Origin: an uncultured Pseudomonadota bacterium
GTDB taxonomy: Bacteria; Oederibacteriota; Muellerivitia; Muellerivitales; Muellerivitaceae
Reading direction: 5' to 3'
DNA length: 64,000 bases
Assembly (NCBI GenBank): GCA_963770835.1
Contig: CAVYRH010000026.1
Span: 384,001-448,000 of the forward strand
A model generated the notes under the pieces. That model had not been told where the DNA came from and ran no database searches. It worked only from the letters and a program-made list of their open reading frames with translations. Position numbers and translations under genes: made by a program. Positions 29,655 through 39,960 of this stretch are shown here, in pieces. Position 1 is the first letter of the stretch. Each line of letters starts with the position of its first letter.

Positions 29655-32600
29655 ATGGGCGCCAAAATCACTAAACCCGTCCGATACGGGGAACAAATTG
29701 AACTGGAAATCACCTCGCTGGCTTTCGGCGGCGATTCGGTGGGGCGGTTCCAGGACTTCGCCCTTTTCGTCCCAGGGGGGCTCCCCGGGGAAAGGGTGCG
29801 AGTGCGCGTCACCCAGGTAAAGGACCACTACGCCACGGGGGAAATCCTCTCCATCCTGAGGCCTTCGCCCGAACGCGTCACGCCCAACTGCGGCATCTTC
29901 GAGGAATGCGGCGGCTGCCAGTGGCAGCACTTGAACTACCCAACCCAACTCAAGACCAAGCGGCAGTTCGTGGTGGATTCCCTGGCGCGAATCGGACGCC
30001 TCAGCAACGTGACGGTCCAACCCTGCCTGCCATCCCCATCGCCTTACGCTTACCGCAATAAGGCCATGCCGGTCGTTTCCATGCGCGACGGCCATTTTGT
30101 CACCGGCATCTACGAGCCCCGTTCCCACCACTTGGTGCCCTACCACACCTGTCCCATCCAGGCCGATGAAATCAACGACCTCCTCCAGAAGGTTCTCCAG
30201 AAAATCGAACGCTCGGGCTTGACGCCCTATCAGGAAAAGAAACACGAGGGGTTCCTGCGCCACCTGGCCGTGCGGCGGGGGGTCAAGACCGGCGAAACAA
30301 TCCTGGCCTTCGTCACCCGCACCGAGACGCCGGAAGATCTGGTGCAAAAACCCACCCTCCTGCCGGAGGAATTGGGAGAAATCCTGCCCCGCATCGCCCG
30401 TGAACTGGCAGCCGAAGTGCCTGGCTTGGTGGGTGTGCTGCAAAACGTCAATCCCTCCCGAACCAATATCGTCTTCGGGCCCACCACCCGGGTGCTTTCG
30501 GGCCGGGACCATTATTTCGAGGTGATCGACGGCCTTCAGTTGAAAGTGTCCCTGAAATCATTCCTTCAAGTCAACACCCTCCAGGCCGACCTCCTCCACG
30601 CGCTAGTGCGGGAGGCCCTGGGCGAACCCAAGCACAAAAAGAAATGGGGCACGGTGCTGGACCTCTACAGCGGCATTGGCACGCTGGCCATGGCGGTTTC
30701 GGAAAAGGCTGATTACATCGTGGGCGTGGAGGAGGTCGGGGCCGCGGTTGACGATGCTCAATTCAACGCTGATCTCAACCGCAAGGGTAATATCGACTAC
30801 CTGGAAGGGGACGTGCCCCAGATCCTCCTGGGCTTGAAGGAAAAGGGCCTCGCGCAAATCGACGCCGCGATCCTGGACCCGCCGAGGAAGGGCGTATTGC
30901 CCGAGGTCTTGGCGCGCATAACGGCCTTCCATCCGGAGCGCTTGGTCTATGTTTCCTGCGACCCCGCCACCCTGGCGCGGGACCTGGCTCTCCTGGTCAA
31001 GCACGGGTTCTCGGTGGATTGGGCCCAGCCCTTGGATATGTTCCCCCAAACCTACCACGTGGAAACGGTGGTGCGGCTCACCCGCGAGACGCCCCTGCCG
31101 CCGGAGCTCTTGAGCCAGGAGGGCCGCCCCGAACTGGAGCCGTTCCGGCTCCCCAAGCCCGCCGAGCGGGTTTCCCTGAACATTTCAGCCAACTTCAACG
31201 CGCTAAAGGAAAAAACTTCCGAGTTTTTACGGGCGGGAGCCGAACAGGCCGCCGCGGCTTCGGCCCTCGTGGGTTCGGTTTTCCGGGCGGGCCTGGGCGG
31301 GGTCGGCCGGGGCCTCCAAGCTTTGGGGAAGGGCGCTAGTTCGGCTTTTCGGGCGAAGACAAAAGAGGGGGCACCGGAAAAGCTTGAGGGACCGCAGGTC
31401 CTTCCGAATTCAGCGGCGGTTGCCGCCCCATCGTCGGCGGATTTATCCAATCCGCCCCCGCGGCCTGCGTTGGAGGCAAAGCCTCCCATCCCAATCCTCC
31501 CGGCGGGGGAAGTCCTTTCCAAAACGGAAATCGAAAGCTTTTTTACCGGGGCGCAAATTTTAGGGGAAGAGGAAACCGCCGATCCAATGGAAGCTTCCGT
31601 GGAAAAAATCGAGGAAGCCATCGCCGCCCCCTTGTTCGAACCCAGTGTTGAAACTCCCTTAGAAGAGTCTCCCACGGCGTCTTACTCGGAAGTCACCCTA
31701 TCCGAATCCATACCACCTTCCGTGATCGAACCTTCAAAAATCGTTCCTTCACCTGAGCCGACGAAAGAGGAAAAAGCCGCGGAAAAGCCGGTTCACCTGG
31801 AATCCATCCCGGAACCCCCCTCACAAACTCTTCCTACGCTTTCCTCGCCGGTTTCCGCGCCTCCCGAAGCACCTGCGGCGCCGGTTTTGGAAAAAACCTT
31901 GGCGGATAATTCAACCTCCCAGGCGGAAATTCTAAAAGCCCTATTTGCCCCCGCGGCGCCGGCCGCCGCACCGGCGGAAACCCCCGGTGTGAAACCGCGA
32001 TTGCGGTGGAGGCTTCCCCGCCCCAAAATTTCTTTCCAACCTGTTCTTTATTGGTTCCGCGGCCAAAAGGGTTTGCGCTGGGCCCTGGCCGCCGCCTTTT
32101 TGGCGGGCGGCGGGCTGATCGCGAAGGCCACCCTTTCCCCTGAACCTAAAAAATGGATGGTCCTGGCGCCCACCGTGGCTCAAATGATCCCCGATGTGAT
32201 CGCTGTGATGCCGACCCGGAATTTCTTGAGGTATGAGTTGGTGCCCTTCGAAGTGAGGATCAACCACGAGGAAATGGGATCCTTCCCTGAAATGCACGCC
32301 ACCATCGAGGTTTTCCAGGAGGGAAAGTCCGTGACCCTGGTGGACGGAAGGACCAAATTGAACCTCAAGAAAGACACGTCCCATGGAAAATTCTGGGGCA
32401 ATTGGCCCATCCCTTATAACCCCCTTCCGGGAACCTATGTCGCAGAGGTGATGGTGTCCTCCCCCTCTTGGCCCGCGCCGAAGGTTTTCGAATCCGCCTT
32501 CACTTTGCAACCCCTCAAGCCCAGCGGCATGCCGCCCGGCTACGCCGCCCTCACCATGGAAGGAGGCAAGCGGTTGATTGGCGGGGCGGTTCCTGCCTTG

Positions 32601-34076
32601 GACGGAAGCGATTCCTTGAGGGCCTCCAACGCCATTGATTGGGCCAAGTTCATGGGGGCCAACGCCTATTGCTACCTGATGGGCCAGACTTCCATCTGGG
32701 ACCGCCTGATCCCCCGCGACTTTCCCTTCAACCGCGGCGATATGGAAGTGGGCCGCAAATACGCCAAGGCCGCCCACGCGGCGGGGATCAAATTCGCCGG
32801 TTACATGACCACCTTCAAAGTCGTGGGGGACGCTTGGAACCAGGCCCCCTACGAGTTTTCCTTGGGTTACGACCCCGACACTGATGAGGTGGTGCAGGAC
32901 CGCTTCATTTCCATTGAGGACCCCAAACGCCGCCAGGACATCCTTGCCTTCCTTAAGGAGATGAACGAGAACCCGGACGTGGATATGGTGGGGCTGGATT
33001 ACGTGCGCACCGGCGACGCCGGCTATGAGATGGTGGACGAGTTCGTGACCGATATGAACGTGCCGGGACCGGAAAATTTCGGGTCCTTCACCAAGCAGGA
33101 GCGGATCCATTGGCTGGCCAAGACCGTGGAGATGAAGAAAGACCCCCAGGTGGTGGAATTGTTCGACTGGTGGCGGGCCCATAAGGTGGCCCTCACCCTA
33201 AAGAGTATCCTGGATGAGGCGAAGATGACGAAACCCGTCTTTACCTTCACCCTGGGCTGGGAAATGGGGCACCAGCACGGACAGGACCCGGCCATGCTCA
33301 TCGACGCGGGCATTAGTTATAACCACATCATGCTTTACCAGGGGGACCGGGGGACGCTGGAATCGATGAAGCAACAGTGGCCGGCCTATTTGTCCCGGCA
33401 AAGCGGCATGTACGCCATGGGTGAAATGGTGGATTTCAACTGGGTCCAAAAATCCCTTGATCCACCCGGGCCCCAAGAACTTTACAACCGGGAAGTCGAC
33501 ACCTTCCAAAACTGGTTTCCCGTCAACGCCCAATTGGGGATGTTCTGGCACGACCTTTACCGGATCGTGTACGGGGTCAAGGGGCCCTATAGCGCCATGG
33601 AGTGGCTGGTGGCGGGCGGCAAGGCCTTCTCCACCATGCGGCAGGCCGAGGGTTTGTCACCGCTTGAAGTGACTTTGAAGGCTCCTAAAAAAGTGCCGGG
33701 CGGCGTTTCGGCGCCCCTACGGGTGGAGATTCGTAACCCCTCGCCGGACGACCTCAAGGGACTTGTGCTTCACCAAATCGACGCCTCCAAGGACTATTAC
33801 ACGGACCTGGCCACGGTGGGACCCTTTGACCTGCCCTCGGGAAATATGCTGCGAGTGAAAAGCCTTTATGTGAATATTCCCAAGGTAGACCAACCGGACC
33901 GGGACAACCGCACGATGGCGGCCGTCATGGTGGAGAAACCGGGACAATCCTGGAGGGTCTTCGATTTCGCTTACTTGAAAAAATCGTCCGGCGCCTCGGT
34001 GCGGGGCATGGAAACCGACAAGGATGACGGGGATTCAAGCGACGGGTCCGGCAAGAAACAAAACGACGACCCTTGA
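29655..34076 (+). CDS. rlmD: 23S rRNA m5U1939 methyltransferase RlmD fused via Pro/Ala/Glu linker and TM helix to an extracytoplasmic Ig + glycoside-hydrolase-like domain
   Basis: TRAM domain, CGIFEECGGC, YRNK, SFLQVN, DLYSGIG, LDPPRKG, YVSCDP, DMFPQTYHVE; then about 330 aa of low complexity, a TM helix, and a domain containing VGLDYVR. Confidence 0.8.
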   Translation: MGAKITKPVRYGEQIELEITSLAFGGDSVGRFQDFALFVPGGLPGERVRVRVTQVKDHYATGEILSILRPSPERVTPNCGIFEECGGCQWQHLNYPTQLKTKRQFVVDSLARIGRLSNVTVQPCLPSPSPYAYRNKAMPVVSMRDGHFVTGIYEPRSHHLVPYHTCPIQADEINDLLQKVLQKIERSGLTPYQEKKHEGFLRHLAVRRGVKTGETILAFVTRTETPEDLVQKPTLLPEELGEILPRIARELAAEVPGLVGVLQNVNPSRTNIVFGPTTRVLSGRDHYFEVIDGLQLKVSLKSFLQVNTLQADLLHALVREALGEPKHKKKWGTVLDLYSGIGTLAMAVSEKADYIVGVEEVGAAVDDAQFNADLNRKGNIDYLEGDVPQILLGLKEKGLAQIDAAILDPPRKGVLPEVLARITAFHPERLVYVSCDPATLARDLALLVKHGFSVDWAQPLDMFPQTYHVETVVRLTRETPLPPELLSQEGRPELEPFRLPKPAERVSLNISANFNALKEKTSEFLRAGAEQAAAASALVGSVFRAGLGGVGRGLQALGKGASSAFRAKTKEGAPEKLEGPQVLPNSAAVAAPSSADLSNPPPRPALEAKPPIPILPAGEVLSKTEIESFFTGAQILGEEETADPMEASVEKIEEAIAAPLFEPSVETPLEESPTASYSEVTLSESIPPSVIEPSKIVPSPEPTKEEKAAEKPVHLESIPEPPSQTLPTLSSPVSAPPEAPAAPVLEKTLADNSTSQAEILKALFAPAAPAAAPAETPGVKPRLRWRLPRPKISFQPVLYWFRGQKGLRWALAAAFLAGGGLIAKATLSPEPKKWMVLAPTVAQMIPDVIAVMPTRNFLRYELVPFEVRINHEEMGSFPEMHATIEVFQEGKSVTLVDGRTKLNLKKDTSHGKFWGNWPIPYNPLPGTYVAEVMVSSPSWPAPKVFESAFTLQPLKPSGMPPGYAALTMEGGKRLIGGAVPALDGSDSLRASNAIDWAKFMGANAYCYLMGQTSIWDRLIPRDFPFNRGDMEVGRKYAKAAHAAGIKFAGYMTTFKVVGDAWNQAPYEFSLGYDPDTDEVVQDRFISIEDPKRRQDILAFLKEMNENPDVDMVGLDYVRTGDAGYEMVDEFVTDMNVPGPENFGSFTKQERIHWLAKTVEMKKDPQVVELFDWWRAHKVALTLKSILDEAKMTKPVFTFTLGWEMGHQHGQDPAMLIDAGISYNHIMLYQGDRGTLESMKQQWPAYLSRQSGMYAMGEMVDFNWVQKSLDPPGPQELYNREVDTFQNWFPVNAQLGMFWHDLYRIVYGVKGPYSAMEWLVAGGKAFSTMRQAEGLSPLEVTLKAPKKVPGGVSAPLRVEIRNPSPDDLKGLVLHQIDASKDYYTDLATVGPFDLPSGNMLRVKSLYVNIPKVDQPDRDNRTMAAVMVEKPGQSWRVFDFAYLKKSSGASVRGMETDKDDGDSSDGSGKKQNDDP

Positions 34077-34302
34077 TCCACCCTCAGGACTTAGTCCGTT
34101 GAACGTGTTACGAAAACGGTTTTTCTCAAGCAATCCTGTTCCGAAAACCGGAAGGACCTGGACTGCACAGGTCTTGCGCGGTTTAATTTAAAAAAAAGTA
34201 CCCAGCCCCAAACCCTTTTAGTAGAATACCGGGGCTTTGGCGTTTTCGAATCTCTAAAAAAGTTTTTCGGCCGGCGTTCCTCAAAATTTATGTGAGGTGG
34301 TT

Positions 34303-35073
34303 ATGGTTCGCTTCCGCGGAAATTCACTTTGGCTGATCGCCGCCACCTTCGCCCTCCTTTCCGGCTGCGGCGCGGTTTTTGTCAATGAGGGCTCCAAGGA
34401 CGCTTCCCTCGGGGCGGGGCTCCATAACCCCGAGGCCAACAAACCCAAAGTCAACGTTCCCGCCGACCAAAGCATCATCAGCACTTTCGACGACGGCTCC
34501 AAAAACGTGAATCCCAAGCTTTACGGCGCCAGCGGCGGCCAATGGTTCGCCATTTCCTCCGGCGGTGGCGGCACGATCAATTCCGATTTCGTCGTGGACG
34601 GCGGGGCCAACGGGACCCCCAAGGCCGCCCACGTTTTCGGAAAGCTGACCGACAAGGGGGACAAGAGCTACCCCGGCTTCCAGCTCCAATGCAAGCTCAA
34701 GGACACCGGTTATTACGATGCCAGCAATTTCACCGGCATCCAGTTTTATTACAAATGCCCGGCATCCGACACCTGCCTCAAACGCCGTTTCGGAATCGGC
34801 ACTGCTTCCACCCTTCCCTCGGACCAGGGCGGAACCTGCTCCTCCAATTGTTACGATAATTTCGGGGCGGACATGGTCACGACGCCCGATTGGGTCAAGA
34901 AAACCTACGCCTTTTCCGATATCAAGCGGGAAGGATGGGGGGCGCCGGTTACGCCCCCGGATTTTACGGATCATCTGACCGAACTTATCAACGTCCAATG
35001 GACCAACAGCGCCAACAATACCGCGGGAACCTACGATGTCGATTATTGGGTGGACGAACTCGAGTTTTTCTGA
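34303..35073 (+). CDS. CBM11/CIA30-like lipoprotein 1
   Basis: Lipobox LSGC; ISTFDDG, DASNFTGIQFY, GGTC...CYDNFG, DYWVDELEF. Confidence 0.78.
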   Translation: MVRFRGNSLWLIAATFALLSGCGAVFVNEGSKDASLGAGLHNPEANKPKVNVPADQSIISTFDDGSKNVNPKLYGASGGQWFAISSGGGGTINSDFVVDGGANGTPKAAHVFGKLTDKGDKSYPGFQLQCKLKDTGYYDASNFTGIQFYYKCPASDTCLKRRFGIGTASTLPSDQGGTCSSNCYDNFGADMVTTPDWVKKTYAFSDIKREGWGAPVTPPDFTDHLTELINVQWTNSANNTAGTYDVDYWVDELEFF

Positions 35074-35163
35074 CGAGCCGTGACCGCCGGCCGGGCCGTT
35101 CAAAATTTTGCCGGTACAAGATCTTTTTGTAAAATCTTTGGAAATCTTTGATCGAGGCCCTGA

Positions 35164-37710
35164 TTGAACTTCAGGTCGAAAACCTTCTTGGCGGTAATTT
35201 CCTTGGCACCCCTCTTTTTTAGTTGGGGGGCGCAACCCGTATCCGCCAATCCCTACGAAGAACTGGGCCCGGACTCGCCCCTTTACCAGAGAGTCAAAAA
35301 ACTCGAGGACTATGGGCTCTTGGAGCCCCAGGACCAGCAAGTCTTGGACGATGGAAAATATGTCACCCGCCTCGAACTGGCCTTCTATACCGAAAAAGCC
35401 AAGGCTCGCCTGACGGCTCCCGAATTATCGGGCCCTACCCCTACCTCGACGCCCGCACCGATTCCCACAGCCGCCCCTCCCCCCCCCGCCATTACTCTTC
35501 CAACGGCCGCACCGCCGACCCCTGTCCCTTTTACGCCCGCAGCTAATCCAGCCGCCCTGGGAGAAATCGACCAACTCCTGAAAGAACTCCATGAGGAAGC
35601 GGCCATGCTCAAGTCCCGGATGACCCTTTACGACCAGAGGATCAGCGACCAGGAAAAAGAATTGGAAGCGCTCCAAAACCTCCAGGACGAGGTGAAATCA
35701 GTCTGGGCCAAGGCCAATAAAGAGTCGGGAATCCCGAATTTCAACACCAATACGGAAACCCGTTTCGAGCAAATGAACGTTTCGGGGCCGGTTTCGGGCG
35801 CCGGGCCCCTTCTCAGCAACGCCACCAAGCTGGACCAGGTGGTCTGGCTGGGAATGTGGTCGGACATAGGCGGCTTGGGGGCCTTTTCCACCGGCTTCGG
35901 CGCATTCGTCCCTTATTCCAATTTTTCGGATTCCACCCCCGGCGCCACCGGCGCGCTGGCCGCCCCCGCCTCGGTTTACGTGGGCGCCCCCAGCCTTACC
36001 CTGAACGTTTACGGGGATTTGGGAAAATGGGACACCACCTTCGCGGTGGAAGCCTACCAACCCGACACCACCCTGGGGGACTTCACCCGCGGCATAGCTC
36101 CTTACTCCCTCAAACGGTTCGAGGATCCCTTCGACATCAAGCATTTCTCCACCGACAAAGACGCCAAAAACTGGGACGATTACATGAACAGCATCGGCTT
36201 CGTCTCCACAGCTTCCCTGAACGGCGGCAACGTGCAATCCACCAGCGACCGGGTCTTCGATGGCATGTACGCCGTGGGCCATGACCTTCCGGACCTGGGG
36301 GACACCCGGGTGCACGTGTTGGTGGGCCGCATGGGCACCAGTTCCACCCAAACCCAGCGCTGGGAAGAAGCCGCCAAAATCGACTTCCCCACGGGTAGCG
36401 TGCTGCACACGTCCATTTCCACCCAATGGGTCAACGACCAGTTCGGCGTCAACCAGATTCCCCAACTCGATTTGAAGGATTACGCCGGCGAACTGGCGCT
36501 CAACCTTCATCCCGTCTTTTTCGACGTCGAGGGGGGCTTTTCCCACCTTTTCACGGGTTACTACGCCGACGCCACCGGAGTTTACACCAATCCTTTGCCG
36601 ATGGAAGCCGGAGCGGGCCAAGCCTCCTTAGCCTATTACCCCTTCACGTTGTACGGCTTCGCGATCAGCGACAACTACGCCGACTTCCAAAGCAAGGTCA
36701 TGATGGCGGGTGTCCATTTCAATCAGTACGGCATGAGCTTCAACCCCAGCGACTTCAACGACGTGTACGGTGGTATCGGTGAGGTGGACAACCTGGTAAG
36801 CGACCGTTACGGCTGGCGGTTAAACCTGGGCTGGGACGGGCGCAAACAGGATTGGATGAAGGACTGGCCCAGTTTCCTGGATACCTTCGTCGTGAATTTC
36901 GACGTGGCCCAAAAGACGGAATTCGTCTCCGAGCAGGATCCCATGGGTTATTACGTGATCGAACCCTTCCAGGAACTGAGCTTTTATTATCCGGATGATG
37001 AAGGCCTCTGGGGCTTAAACTTCTGGGGTGGCTATAGCACCCCTCCCAATCCCTTGCGGTCGGCCTATATCAACAACATCGAGGCTATCCGCAACGACGG
37101 GGACACCTCCAACGATGACGTGCGCTACCAGTTCCAATTGAGTTCGGAGCGCATCCCCCTTATTTATCCCATGTATAACCCGGCGGGCCAGATCGTGACA
37201 ATCGGCGGCTTGAACCAGTACGTCAACCTGGACAACCTGAAGACCTACAATTACATCACCCTGACACTGAAACTGAAGATGGACAAGTGGTTCAACCTGC
37301 CCGCTCCCCTGGACGGTTCTTTCTATATGACGGACAACACGGTTTCTGGTATTTCCACCAACCCCGCCTTGTTGAACGTCCCCACCAGCACACCGGGCCA
37401 GACGGTTAATTTACAGAACATTCCGAATCTGTTCCAACAACAGGTCTTTGATTACGCCATGATGGTGAATATTTTGAAGAATGTAGATTTGATGGGTGAC
37501 ATCGGGGTTGAAACTTGGACTTCCCAGTACACCTATCCTCTGGTCGATTATCAAACCAAAGCCTATGGGCTGGGCTTGGCCTGGGATCTCCCCTGGGGCG
37601 GGAGCAAGATGGAAATCCGCTATAAACATATCAATTTCACCGACGCCAACGTGCCGAACAACGATTACTCGGGTGACCAGTATTACAGCCGTATGTGGTT
37701 CCTTTTTTAA
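35164..37710 (+). CDS. SLH-like + coiled-coil + large beta-barrel OM protein 1
   Basis: Signal peptide; NPYEEL..SPLYQRVKKLEDYGLL...VTRLELA; Pro-rich linker; heptad coiled coil; C-terminal MWFLF. Confidence 0.72.
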   Translation: MNFRSKTFLAVISLAPLFFSWGAQPVSANPYEELGPDSPLYQRVKKLEDYGLLEPQDQQVLDDGKYVTRLELAFYTEKAKARLTAPELSGPTPTSTPAPIPTAAPPPPAITLPTAAPPTPVPFTPAANPAALGEIDQLLKELHEEAAMLKSRMTLYDQRISDQEKELEALQNLQDEVKSVWAKANKESGIPNFNTNTETRFEQMNVSGPVSGAGPLLSNATKLDQVVWLGMWSDIGGLGAFSTGFGAFVPYSNFSDSTPGATGALAAPASVYVGAPSLTLNVYGDLGKWDTTFAVEAYQPDTTLGDFTRGIAPYSLKRFEDPFDIKHFSTDKDAKNWDDYMNSIGFVSTASLNGGNVQSTSDRVFDGMYAVGHDLPDLGDTRVHVLVGRMGTSSTQTQRWEEAAKIDFPTGSVLHTSISTQWVNDQFGVNQIPQLDLKDYAGELALNLHPVFFDVEGGFSHLFTGYYADATGVYTNPLPMEAGAGQASLAYYPFTLYGFAISDNYADFQSKVMMAGVHFNQYGMSFNPSDFNDVYGGIGEVDNLVSDRYGWRLNLGWDGRKQDWMKDWPSFLDTFVVNFDVAQKTEFVSEQDPMGYYVIEPFQELSFYYPDDEGLWGLNFWGGYSTPPNPLRSAYINNIEAIRNDGDTSNDDVRYQFQLSSERIPLIYPMYNPAGQIVTIGGLNQYVNLDNLKTYNYITLTLKLKMDKWFNLPAPLDGSFYMTDNTVSGISTNPALLNVPTSTPGQTVNLQNIPNLFQQQVFDYAMMVNILKNVDLMGDIGVETWTSQYTYPLVDYQTKAYGLGLAWDLPWGGSKMEIRYKHINFTDANVPNNDYSGDQYYSRMWFLF

Positions 37711-37722
37711 GGCCTGGACGGA

Positions 37723-39960
37723 ATGAGAATGAAATTGAAAAAAAACCAATTGATGGCGGTCCTTTTCCTGGCGGGGTTAACCTTGCCCGCTTACGCCGAC
37801 CATGGCCGCCTTTCCACCACCGACCGGGACCCCTGGATCAACCTGGAAGCGGAGGATTTAGTGGACTCCGGCTTGGTGCCGGCGCCGGACAAACCCATCC
37901 GTGAACTGACCAACCTGGAAGTGGCCCAATTGACCGCCCAGGCCAGCGAAAAGCTTTACGCCCAAGCGGAACTTCCGCCGCCCCTGCCTGGGGGAAATCC
38001 GGCTCTGCCGCCGGCCCTGCCGGCGCCTTCCAATGGGCTGCCGGGCCCCGACCTCAACACTCCTTCCCAAGCCGCCTTGCCCGCCAAGAGCATGGCCGAT
38101 TTAGTGGAGGAATTTCGGGCCGAGATTTCGGCCATGGGAGTCGACGTGGACAAACTGGAAGCCCGCCTCCAGGACGCCAAGGACCGGGATGAGGTTTTCT
38201 CCGCGCTCCAACAGGAATACCTGAAGCACACCGGCACGGAAGTGGGGGGCTTTTCCAGGGGTTATATCTATAATTACCGGGGTTTCGGCGCCGATGCCGT
38301 TTATCCCCCCATGAGTTACAACGCCCTCATGTTCATGGAAATGGACTTACGGAGCATCCCGGTGCCCTCCCTTTTGTTTGACGCGAGGATCCGCATCATC
38401 CGGTCCATTGGGATGTATTACGCGGACCCTGTGGAGCCCCATTATCAACTGCGGTGGATTTCTTTAAGCGATATCACCGACGTTTGTTCCCTGACGGCGG
38501 GGGATTTTTACAAAAGCTACACTCCTTTGACCCTTTGGAACTACGACCCCGTCTACAACTTCATCGAACCCACGTCCTTCAACCGCATGCGCAAAGAGGT
38601 GGAGGAATGGACTTACATGGACCAGGGTCCGGATGAACACCTTCGGGGTTTCCAGGCCGCCACGACAGTCAGCTGGTCGAAAGATCCGGTTTTAAGCGAT
38701 TTCAAACTACAGGCCATGGGGGGACCCATGAATAGCACCGGGAGCTTTACTTTCGGAAGCTATTTCGCCGGGAGCGAATCTTCCATCAGCTTTTTCAATG
38801 ACGACCTAGAGCTCCAGGGGACGGGACTACTGCTTTGGCAGGATCCCGACAGCGCCCCTGTGCCTTACATCCCCGACTTCCCCGACACCTACGCCAAACA
38901 ATATGAAATCGGCAGCGTGGTCGTGCGAGCCACCGTTCCCCTCGCCGATAAAGCCGATTTGACGGCTTCCATGGAAAACGCGGGGAGCCAATACAACGAT
39001 GATTCGAGGAACCCCCAGAGGGTTTTTGAGGATTGGGCGATGCTGGCCAATGCCTCCTTGAACATCGAGGGATTCCACTTGACCGGCAAATACCTCAACA
39101 TCGGCCCCTACTTTTACTCCCCGGGAGCCCAAACCAACCAGCTATTCGATGCCATCCCTGGAGTAAACTTATTGGATAATTCGCTCACGGGTTATTTAAC
39201 CGACTCGCCTTTCCAAGGGGTTTTTCGTCCTTCCGCCTACTTCGGCGTTTATGACCGGCTTACAGAAAACGCCCTTCCTTACGGGGATTCCACCCCTGAC
39301 CGCGAAGGCATCGTGGTTGGTTTTTCGGGGGAAATCGGGGAGCGGGGGTGGCTGAAGCCCCAAGCCTCCTTCACCTCCCTCCAGGAAATCCAACCCAACC
39401 TGGTGTTGAACTCCATCGGAACGGGGCTGGTGGCGGTGGACAGCGGCACCACTACTGCCAACGCCAGGACCTTCACCGGATATGAGGGCGCCTTGACCGT
39501 GGATTTCGCCAAAGCTTTCGACCTCACCGGGCGGACCTATGACATCCAGTTCGACTACAAACACCAAGCCACCGACCTGGGGCTGGGCGTGGACCCCTTC
39601 ACCGTCAACACGATTATCGCGGCCTGTGATTTCAATATCCCGGCCCACTTCCTCAATACCGTGGTCTGGTCCGCGGCTTTCGAGCAGGCCCAATCCACTG
39701 GGAGCGAATACGTAATGGGGGGGAACCCCCCCACCTTGGCTCAGTACCCCTTTTTACTGGACACGTCTACTTTAGGACAATATTCCTATCTTCCCTTGAA
39801 CATTACCCGCCAAACCCTGGCCTTCGGGCTCGTGCTCCCCATGAGCGCCAACGTGAACTTTAGGGCGGATTATTTCCGGACCGAGTATACCTGGAGCGAT
39901 ATGCCTAGTTACGACCGCCAAGACCAAATTTGGAGATTCGGTTATTATGTCAAATTCTAA
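37723..39960 (+). CDS. SLH-like + coiled-coil + large beta-barrel OM protein 2
   Basis: LVDSGLV...LTNLEVA; LVEEFRAEISAMGVDVDKLEARL; AGDFYKSYTPLTLWN; C-terminal YYVKF. Confidence 0.72.
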   Translation: MRMKLKKNQLMAVLFLAGLTLPAYADHGRLSTTDRDPWINLEAEDLVDSGLVPAPDKPIRELTNLEVAQLTAQASEKLYAQAELPPPLPGGNPALPPALPAPSNGLPGPDLNTPSQAALPAKSMADLVEEFRAEISAMGVDVDKLEARLQDAKDRDEVFSALQQEYLKHTGTEVGGFSRGYIYNYRGFGADAVYPPMSYNALMFMEMDLRSIPVPSLLFDARIRIIRSIGMYYADPVEPHYQLRWISLSDITDVCSLTAGDFYKSYTPLTLWNYDPVYNFIEPTSFNRMRKEVEEWTYMDQGPDEHLRGFQAATTVSWSKDPVLSDFKLQAMGGPMNSTGSFTFGSYFAGSESSISFFNDDLELQGTGLLLWQDPDSAPVPYIPDFPDTYAKQYEIGSVVVRATVPLADKADLTASMENAGSQYNDDSRNPQRVFEDWAMLANASLNIEGFHLTGKYLNIGPYFYSPGAQTNQLFDAIPGVNLLDNSLTGYLTDSPFQGVFRPSAYFGVYDRLTENALPYGDSTPDREGIVVGFSGEIGERGWLKPQASFTSLQEIQPNLVLNSIGTGLVAVDSGTTTANARTFTGYEGALTVDFAKAFDLTGRTYDIQFDYKHQATDLGLGVDPFTVNTIIAACDFNIPAHFLNTVVWSAAFEQAQSTGSEYVMGGNPPTLAQYPFLLDTSTLGQYSYLPLNITRQTLAFGLVLPMSANVNFRADYFRTEYTWSDMPSYDRQDQIWRFGYYVKF

